Assembly (NCBI GenBank): GCA_043825875.1 | Contig: JBDRRF010000070.1 | Coordinates: forward strand, 1-22,353 | From: Pseudomonadota bacterium | GTDB taxonomy: Bacteria > Desulfobacterota > Desulfobacteria > Desulfobacterales > RPRI01 | Length of the DNA stretch: 22,353 nt | Direction of reading: 5' to 3' | Shown: piece by piece, positions 15,257-22,353 of the stretch | Layout: the number at the start of each line of letters is the position of its first letter | Position numbering within the stretch: the stretch's first letter is position 1 | Program-made: the position numbers and the translations under genes | Notes under the pieces: model-generated | The model's input: only the letters and a program-made list of their open reading frames with translations | What the model was told of the DNA's origin: nothing | The model's database searches: none

Positions 15257-18200
15257 CGCGCCCTCCTGCTAATTTCAGGATATAATTATCATTTTCTTCT
15301 TCATCTTCGTCAGGGATGATTTCTTCTATACTTTCGTTTCCTGTTGCTCTCATTGCTTCAATTTCAGTTTCAGAGATGTCGTCATAGACACCCGATGCCG
15401 TAGGAATATCGCTTCCGGAAACATTGGCAAGATCAGGCGGCAGAGCAGCAAGCGACGTAAGGGCAACTGGCAAACCGGGCGGATCTACGCTGGGTCCCGG
15501 AGAAATACCGCCTCCCGAACTGCCAACAGGACTTAGCCGAACCTGAGAGGGCAACGAGATATCACCAAAAGCGTTACCGGTAAAAATGTATGGACCGGGG
15601 TGGAAGACATCCCCTCCGGATAATATCTCCCAAGCACCACTTCCGGCGGTAATACTTACTCCGTCTGTAATACCGGAGTAAATGCCCTTTGTGGGCGTCA
15701 GAGTCCCTTCTTCCGCAGTAATGCTCACCGTACCAGCGGCTTTAGCGCCCTGCATATCGATATTACCGTAAGCATCCAGCATCAGGGAAGCCGGGCCAAT
15801 ACCCGTCGGATCAAACGACTCGATAGAAGGACCGATATCGTTACGTAGCGTAATATCCCCGGTTCTTGCAGTAATGCTGATCGGTCCGAGTGTTTCCAGC
15901 AAACCCAGTGTTACAGATCCGTAAGCATCCAGAGTCAGATTTTTTGCATCCTCTATATGAATGGCAGAATATTCGGAGGCATTTCCGAAACTGATATTGC
16001 CACCTGTTGATGTAGCTTTCAGATCGCCCCCTATCAGCCAGATGGTTGGGTAGGGAGAATATGAATCGTTTTTGCTAAAATAAATATCCCCTGCGGCGGT
16101 CACATCCAGGCTGTTTATTTCAAAAAAGGTGTTCAGATTTGCATCTCTGCCGGCGTTGAGCACCAGGGTTCCTCCTCCTCCAACTCCGGAAACCTGGCTT
16201 AAATTGATATCCCGGCCAGCATAAATGTTGACATCTTGGCCGATGGATCCCCCGGTAAATACATCTCCTGCAGTCGGAGAAAAGGCGTTGATAATCAGTT
16301 GTCCCGGGTTGAAAACCCCGATATGAATTGCGCCATCGGACGAAGTAGCGCTGATCTTGGGAGAATACCCAGCATTGAAGGAGTCGATGCCGCCGTCGGC
16401 GATTAGTTCGATTTCGGAAGGGTGATTGGAAGGGGTATCCAAATAGTAAGCAACGGCACCATGCAGGATTTTGCTGCGTGTATCGATCGTCAACTTCCCT
16501 CTGGTCGCAACATTGTTTTGGGTTGTGATAGAGATGTCACCCAGAGTTCTAAATGTCAAAGAGCCGCTACCCGAGTCAATTGCAGGGCTTAACTCTATAT
16601 CGTAACCAATCATTCCATATGTATCGTCTGTGCTGTTAACCTCAATTCCGCCGGCACCTGCTGTAAGTGTGATCTGCTGATTATCGCTAAATATTTTATG
16701 ATTGACTATGATCTTGTTCGAAGCGGTCAAGTCGACTTCTCCCGTTGTATCGGAAATCGGTGCATCAACGATAACATCACCAGCGGTTGAAGACAGACTG
16801 AGTTTTCCTGTACTGAAAAACGTTACATAAGATTTAAGCTGATCGGCAATATAAGTTTTCAGGTAGGCAGTTTCATCGACAATTCCGGTTAAGTCCGGTA
16901 TTGCAAAGGTTGTTGGGGGCGCAAAACCTGTGGACAGGTTTCCTCCTGTTGCAACTTTAATGGGTGCCGAGCCGGTTTGTATCCGATAAGTTCTTTTATC
17001 CGGGTCACCTGTGATATCTTTCCATGCTGCATTCAGCGTACCTGTTTCTGTCGTAATATTAACCGCACCATTATATGTGGCAAGATCCTTGTTCAGGTTG
17101 ACATTATTTCCTGCGGCTAAAGTTACGCTGCCTCCGGGAACAGGTGTAATGGAAAGCGGGTTGGTATCATCTAAGGCATCTATCTGTCTGTTAAGGTTAA
17201 TGTCCGTACCGGCAGTGATTGAAAGATCGTTTCCCGAACGGATGTTGGCAACCTCCTGATCGATATTAACGGAACCGGAATCAGAGATAATCGACACATT
17301 TCCCAGAATTTCGGCAAGTTTTGTATCAATATTCACATCGCCTCCGGTAGATCGGATTGAAACGGGGCCCGTGGATACATAGATTCCGCTGAAAAGATTT
17401 CCGCCTGCTGTCACCGAAATCTGCCCGTTTCCGGAGAACAGCCCTTCACCTTGCGGGATTCCTGTGCCATCTAAAGTAACCGTACCTGCTGCCATCGTAT
17501 CGGCATTGACTGTGCCAAGATTAGCTGTCAGGTTGATTATATTAGCAAGTATGCTTTTATTAAGGTCAATATCTTGTCCGGCGGTCAAGGTGACAACACC
17601 GTTCGGATTGCTGCCAAGTGCCGGACGTCCGTCGATCTGCGCGTTAACTTTGATGTCGTTGCCGGAAGTAATATTTACTGTGCTTCCTTTACTAAGGCTT
17701 ACGATGGGTTCATTGATATTAACATCCTCTGCTGCCTGTATAAATATATCCCCAAAGAAAGCATCAATTCCCCGATTGATGTTAACATACCCATGTGTTG
17801 AAATCAGCGAAAGCAGACCGTCCGTAAGATAGGGTGCATTGGTAAGAGTGGAACCGCTGCGCACGGTGATAGGAGCTGTTCCGGCATATACCGCCTTGTT
17901 TAGCGCCAGGTTGATTGCGCCTGTACCGGCATACAGATTTATGGCTCCGTGATTTGTGAAAATATAATCATTGATGTTTAAGTTGTTGCCTGCGGATAGA
18001 GTCAGCCCGCCGCCTGCATACTTTCCGCGCCCGTCTATAATGTAATCGACATAGATATTATTATCCGCATACACCGTAGTACTTGTGCCGGTTCTTAACA
18101 CTCGGTTTATAAGGGCAGCTTCGGTCATGCCAATATAAAAATTATACGGATCCAGTAAAAGTGAGCCTGCCTCGCCATTGCTTGCTCCGGCATCGACTAT

Positions 18201-19451
18201 GCCCTTAAAATCAAGAAACTGTTTGCCGGAAATCTCCACAAAACCGCCGTTACCGCCTTCTGATCCACCTCTTGCCCTAATGCTGCCGTCATAAAAGGTA
18301 TAGCCGTCCGACCATATAACTACCTCACCTCCGTCACCCCTGTTCAAAGCGTTGGAACTTAGTATAGCACCATCATCAATTTGAGTGCTCACGGAACGAT
18401 ATGTATTACTGTCGCCCTGATAGGCACCACCAACATGCAATACGCCGCCACCTAAAGTGCCGTCAGCATCAAGCATTGCGGTAGAAGAAAGATTCACTTG
18501 ATCCCCAAGTACCTCGATACTTCCTCCCGTTGTTCCCCTAACGCTAAGATTACCGCTGACATCCACATTACCACCACGGGCAAGCAAAAGGATGCGGCCG
18601 CCTTCCTGAACAGCACTGTCGGCAAGTATTGTACCGCTCATATTAATCAGGCTGTCAAGCATGCCTTTGGCTGCCTCAGCCGTAACCAATACAGCCTGTC
18701 CGCTGTCGACATCAATGGTACCTGACTGGCTTATCAGGCTTTTGATCGGCTGACCATTTACATCCTTAAGCTGGGAAAGGCTTGAATCGCTTAATGCAAG
18801 CTTAATCAGTCCGTCACCATAAAGATCAATTGCAAATGTATCTGCAGCGCCCAACATGACCTTGCCTAATCTGGCATTAATCATGCCTTCATTACGTACA
18901 TAGGGAGCTACCATAGCAACCAGTCCGCCCTTCGCTACAGTGATACTGCCGGTATTTATGATCCCGGCACCGGGTTGACCCGGTTCGTCAAACTCAAGCT
19001 TTCCATCCATAAAATTTTTATTGCTGAGATTGGCTGTGCTTGCGATAAGGCTGCCGACATTTATTTGTGCGCCGTTGCCAAAGATTATTCCATTGGGATT
19101 AATAAGAAACACCTGGCCATTGGCATCCATTCGGCCAAGAATAAGAGAACTCTGATTTCCTGTAACACGGTTGAGCGTGGCTGAGCTTGCACAAGGCTGG
19201 TTAAATTGTACTTGTTCATTTGCCTTAATGCTGAAGCTTCGCCAATCGATAACAGAGCGCTGGCTGCTTTGCCGGATAAGAGTAGTGTTATCCTTTTTGA
19301 CTATTGTTGCACTGCCGGCTCGAACAGCCCCATCTTCAGGTGCGGCATGCGCGGCCGAGATTAAACCGATAAATATTATAACAGTTGTCAGCAGTTGTGA
19401 TATTATACAAAACTTCCAACCATATACACTGGCAGTTTGTGTTTTCTTCAT
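15222..19451 (-). CDS. TpsA / filamentous-haemagglutinin-family exoprotein (two-partner secretion substrate)
   Basis: Signal peptide ending AHA-AP. TPS domain IDWRSFSI, LNRVTG, LINPNGIIFG. GGxVExSG and LLLDP motifs. G/N/T/I-rich beta-helix repeats. Start at 19451 (or 19466). Confidence 0.92.
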   Translation of the reverse strand: MKKTQTASVYGWKFCIISQLLTTVIIFIGLISAAHAAPEDGAVRAGSATIVKKDNTTLIRQSSQRSVIDWRSFSIKANEQVQFNQPCASSATLNRVTGNQSSLILGRMDANGQVFLINPNGIIFGNGAQINVGSLIASTANLSNKNFMDGKLEFDEPGQPGAGIINTGSITVAKGGLVAMVAPYVRNEGMINARLGKVMLGAADTFAIDLYGDGLIKLALSDSSLSQLKDVNGQPIKSLISQSGTIDVDSGQAVLVTAEAAKGMLDSLINMSGTILADSAVQEGGRILLLARGGNVDVSGNLSVRGTTGGSIEVLGDQVNLSSTAMLDADGTLGGGVLHVGGAYQGDSNTYRSVSTQIDDGAILSSNALNRGDGGEVVIWSDGYTFYDGSIRARGGSEGGNGGFVEISGKQFLDFKGIVDAGASNGEAGSLLLDPYNFYIGMTEAALINRVLRTGTSTTVYADNNIYVDYIIDGRGKYAGGGLTLSAGNNLNINDYIFTNHGAINLYAGTGAINLALNKAVYAGTAPITVRSGSTLTNAPYLTDGLLSLISTHGYVNINRGIDAFFGDIFIQAAEDVNINEPIVSLSKGSTVNITSGNDIKVNAQIDGRPALGSNPNGVVTLTAGQDIDLNKSILANIINLTANLGTVNADTMAAGTVTLDGTGIPQGEGLFSGNGQISVTAGGNLFSGIYVSTGPVSIRSTGGDVNIDTKLAEILGNVSIISDSGSVNIDQEVANIRSGNDLSITAGTDINLNRQIDALDDTNPLSITPVPGGSVTLAAGNNVNLNKDLATYNGAVNITTETGTLNAAWKDITGDPDKRTYRIQTGSAPIKVATGGNLSTGFAPPTTFAIPDLTGIVDETAYLKTYIADQLKSYVTFFSTGKLSLSSTAGDVIVDAPISDTTGEVDLTASNKIIVNHKIFSDNQQITLTAGAGGIEVNSTDDTYGMIGYDIELSPAIDSGSGSLTFRTLGDISITTQNNVATRGKLTIDTRSKILHGAVAYYLDTPSNHPSEIELIADGGIDSFNAGYSPKISATSSDGAIHIGVFNPGQLIINAFSPTAGDVFTGGSIGQDVNIYAGRDINLSQVSGVGGGGTLVLNAGRDANLNTFFEINSLDVTAAGDIYFSKNDSYSPYPTIWLIGGDLKATSTGGNISFGNASEYSAIHIEDAKNLTLDAYGSVTLGLLETLGPISITARTGDITLRNDIGPSIESFDPTGIGPASLMLDAYGNIDMQGAKAAGTVSITAEEGTLTPTKGIYSGITDGVSITAGSGAWEILSGGDVFHPGPYIFTGNAFGDISLPSQVRLSPVGSSGGGISPGPSVDPPGLPVALTSLAALPPDLANVSGSDIPTASGVYDDISETEIEAMRATGNESIEEIIPDEDEEENDNYILKLAGGRGVGQTTDFGLR

Positions 19452-19481
19452 GTTTTCAACCCCCATTATCTGGCAAAAAAT

Positions 19482-21161
19482 CTAGAAATTCATGTAAATA
19501 CCAGCATATCCCCTTGCTTCCCTGTTTTCTTTTGCGGATACTTCATGTGTCAGCGGTTTTGCCAATTCGGCATAACATGAAATATTACGCCACAATTTCA
19601 TTCTCAAACCTAGTCCGGCGGAAGCGGCAGATTCCGAATGTGAAAGACCATTCGGTGATCGCTGGTAGACTCTTCCTGCATCGTAAAAAGCATAACCTGT
19701 ATAAGAAAATGACCGAAGTCTTGGTATAATGCCGGTATAACGCAATTCCAGTTTCACTCCGAAACCATTATCTCCCACCAGTTCAGATGGATCATAACCG
19801 CGACCGATTTGTTCTCCTCCAAAACTATAAAGTTCGGAAGACAAAAGATCAGTACAAGCATACTGAGCATTTGCAGCTACCAGAAATGACCAGCGTGGCA
19901 CTAAAGATTGAACCCTGGCCGCATATGCCGTCATCTTGGTGAAGTCAACACGACCCTCAGGACGTGATAGCATCATATCATTATTATTTGAAGATCCCAG
20001 TCCATCAATTCCCTGGCTTACTTCGATATCCAGCAGATTGACACCCCAGGCATCTGCAAGATCAAAAGTCGCACCTAACCTTACAGCTCTGATACGATCG
20101 CGGGTATCGGTAACACCGAAAATTTTTGTTTTTCCATTATGGAGGGTAAAGCTGCCGCGCAGGTATAGATTTTCGGTCCGGTTGCGTATCAAAGGGTGAA
20201 TGTATGTCAGAGCCCCGGATTGTGAGGATGTTTCAAGATCAAGCGGTATGAACTCCATGTCTTTCGGTTTGGATTTAACGGCAGAAAGGGATAAATTAAA
20301 TTTGCCGCCTTCTGTTCCTATGTTTTCCTCATGCGAAATGGAACCGAAGTTGAGCTTCTTATTGCCACTGCTAACAAACCTCAACATGGTTTTTTCCTGC
20401 AATCCTAACATCGAGTTTAGCCCGATGTCCGCAGATATTCTCATGTGTCCCAATGATTCTCCACCCCGATTATCAAGCGATAATCCAGTCTGCACTTTGC
20501 TCTGATCAAACTGCACAATCATTTCCGAGGCGCCCTGTTCTTTCTGGGAAGGTTTTATAACAGCCCGCGCGATTGCTCCGGGCAGATCATTCATAAGCAA
20601 TAAATAGCGCTCTATAACTTTGATTTTTACCGGGCGGCACTTCCGGATCTTTTCTTCATAATCCTGCACTAGTTTGCGCTGATCCTTATCTGCTCCTTCA
20701 ACAATAATATCGGCTATGTATCCTTCAATTACTTTTAAACGGACTTGACCGTCTTCTATAGATTGGGCAGGGACAACGATCTTCGACAGGATATAGCCAT
20801 CATTACGGTATCTTGCTGTCAGTGTGGAGGCTATTTGATAAATATCCGCAAGTGATACCTCCCTGTTTAGATAGTTTTTGTAGTCGGGTATCAAGTTTTT
20901 TTCTGAATATACAGTCGATCCTTCAATCACAAGACGTTTAAGATTGAATACTATATCCTGCGCGTTCGACGGCACTGTTTGATCCGCTTCAGGTATTATT
21001 ACCCGATCCGGTCGTTTTGGAAGTATTTCGGGTTTTCGTTTGAACTGCTGTTCGATCTGCCCCGGCTGTACGGTTCCCGGCAAATCGGCAGCAGATGCAC
21101 TTAAGCTGCAAATAAATAAAAGTTCTAAAATAATTAAAATGCCTGCAGTTAATTTTTTCAT
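19482..21161 (-). CDS. TpsB, ShlB/FhaC/HecB-family outer-membrane transporter
   Basis: Signal peptide from MKKLTAG (ATG 21161; the ORF-track extension to 21338 is probably not real). POTRA YRNDGY, LLLMNDLPG, LDNRG, loop-6 GRGY, FYDAG, SAGLGLR, terminal Phe. Confidence 0.93.
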   Translation of the reverse strand: MKKLTAGILIILELLFICSLSASAADLPGTVQPGQIEQQFKRKPEILPKRPDRVIIPEADQTVPSNAQDIVFNLKRLVIEGSTVYSEKNLIPDYKNYLNREVSLADIYQIASTLTARYRNDGYILSKIVVPAQSIEDGQVRLKVIEGYIADIIVEGADKDQRKLVQDYEEKIRKCRPVKIKVIERYLLLMNDLPGAIARAVIKPSQKEQGASEMIVQFDQSKVQTGLSLDNRGGESLGHMRISADIGLNSMLGLQEKTMLRFVSSGNKKLNFGSISHEENIGTEGGKFNLSLSAVKSKPKDMEFIPLDLETSSQSGALTYIHPLIRNRTENLYLRGSFTLHNGKTKIFGVTDTRDRIRAVRLGATFDLADAWGVNLLDIEVSQGIDGLGSSNNNDMMLSRPEGRVDFTKMTAYAARVQSLVPRWSFLVAANAQYACTDLLSSELYSFGGEQIGRGYDPSELVGDNGFGVKLELRYTGIIPRLRSFSYTGYAFYDAGRVYQRSPNGLSHSESAASAGLGLRMKLWRNISCYAELAKPLTHEVSAKENREARGYAGIYMNF

Positions 21162-21502
21162 AGATAAATCATGAGCAACATTTAATAGTTTATATGTAAA
21201 ACAGTCAGAATGATTAGAATGGCTATTTAAGCCATGTTGCATGTGTCGATGTTCTTCCGGATGAAGAAATCGAGTTGGTGTAAAGACCAAAGGAAGGCTT
21301 ATAAAGCACCATAGTATATCTAACAACTCCCTAATCATTTAAAAGAACTTGAGCTTAGATATAATAATCGCAACTCGGTTATTACTGATCAAATCACTTG
21401 TTACCTTTGCGATTTGGTGCCAAAATAAAACTAATTACTTTTTTTCACGAGACAATATTGAATACCTCTTTTTTTGTCAAGTTGGTTATATCAAAAAAAT
21501 AT

Positions 21503-22330
21503 TTAAAAACTTTCAAATAGTTTCAAATATTTTGCTGCTTCATCCATACGTCCTCTTTTCTGGCAGCCCTGGGCATAAACATGGCATTTTTTCTTAAATA
21601 TATTTATAGCGGCTCTTTGCTGATCTTTTGTTAAAATATTGCTTTCAAGTAATTTATGAATTGACTGAATGCGGTATTTATCTAAAGAATGCATGCCGGA
21701 AAGCTGGTCGTCATGTCCGCCCCTTTTTACAATAAAAGGAGTGTCAATTAGAAATACAGGATATTTGTGGTTTACTCTGAGCCATAAATCATAGTCTTCA
21801 CAGGCCAAAAGTGATTCATCAAAAAGGCCGACCAGATCAAAAAGACTTCTTTTCATCATAACCGCAGACGGGCTTACCAGGCAAAGTTCCAGAGATTTTT
21901 CAAAAAACATTCCGGATACTTTTTTATGCCTTTTGCCAGGATTCATTCTTTTTCCTTTTTTAATCCATATTTCCTCTGTCTGGCATATAAGCGCTTCAGG
22001 GTTGTTTTGAAAAAACTCAAACTGTGTTTCAAGCTTTCCGGAAAGCCATATATCGTCGGAATCAAGAAAAGCTATATAATCTCCGGATGATGAAAGTATC
22101 CCTTTGTTTCTTGCAGCACTTACCCCACGGTTTTCTTGCTTTATTACTTTTATTTTGTTCCGGTATGAAGAAAGTATTTCCAGCGTATTATCACTCGATC
22201 CGTCATCTACTACTATAAGCTCAAAATCATAAAAATTTTGAGCAAATACCGAATCTATAGCTTCTTTTATTATCCATGCTCTGTTATATGCAGGAATAAT
22301 TATACTTATGGCAGGATTTTTATTAAACAT
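21503..22330 (-). CDS. Glycosyltransferase family 2 (GT-A)
   Basis: ISIIIPAYNR, VVDDGSSD, NRGVSAARN, AFLDSDD, EDYDLWLR. Confidence 0.93.
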   Translation of the reverse strand: MFNKNPAISIIIPAYNRAWIIKEAIDSVFAQNFYDFELIVVDDGSSDNTLEILSSYRNKIKVIKQENRGVSAARNKGILSSSGDYIAFLDSDDIWLSGKLETQFEFFQNNPEALICQTEEIWIKKGKRMNPGKRHKKVSGMFFEKSLELCLVSPSAVMMKRSLFDLVGLFDESLLACEDYDLWLRVNHKYPVFLIDTPFIVKRGGHDDQLSGMHSLDKYRIQSIHKLLESNILTKDQQRAAINIFKKKCHVYAQGCQKRGRMDEAAKYLKLFESF

Positions 22331-22353
22331 AGGCTCAAAGAAAAATTCATAAA

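Noticed and set aside
18333..18341. RGD integrin-binding motif in TpsA
   Set aside because: It falls in the generic GDGG beta-helix turn and is expected by chance in a Gly/Asp-rich protein.
15222..19451. CdiA toxin or ShlA haemolysin
   Set aside because: No pre-toxin motif, toxin domain or immunity gene is recognisable, and the protein is short for CdiA.
21162..21338. 59-aa N-terminal extension of TpsB
   Set aside because: A typical signal peptide starts at ATG 21161. The extension looks like non-coding upstream sequence.
21407..21423. TTGGCACCAAATCGCAA as a sigma54 promoter upstream of tpsB
   Set aside because: Spacing is GG-N9-GC, one base short of the strict requirement.
21503..22330. 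GT2 as a dedicated TpsA glycosyltransferase
   Set aside because: Known TPS glycosylators (HMW1C) are GT41. This is a generic GT2 about 340 nt from tpsB, with no evidence of linkage.

Overview
AT-rich bacterial window, probably from a Desulfobacterota-like anaerobe (inferred from gene content only). Left block (1-11609), bounded by two inverted copies of a ~142-bp MITE-like palindromic element: two paralogous sigma54 enhancer-binding proteins (bEBPs), an alpha/beta hydrolase, four deletion-derived gene remnants (Fe-S subunit, SDR, bEBP HTH, COG1233 flavoprotein), and an intact minus-strand cluster of two COG1233 flavoproteins, a small unknown protein and a DUF1329-like exported protein, with a readable -24/-12 promoter and three candidate enhancer boxes. 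Right block (11642-22330, minus strand): a GT2 glycosyltransferase, then a tight four-gene operon of TpsB (ShlB/FhaC-like), a ~1400-aa FHA-like TpsA with no recognisable toxin domain, a predicted exported WD40 + caspase-like (C14) protease with an intact His/Cys dyad, and an exported OmpA-domain protein. That operon is the best candidate for an undescribed system. No rRNA, tRNA, CRISPR array or transposase was seen. All calls come from motif reading by eye; no database searches were run.
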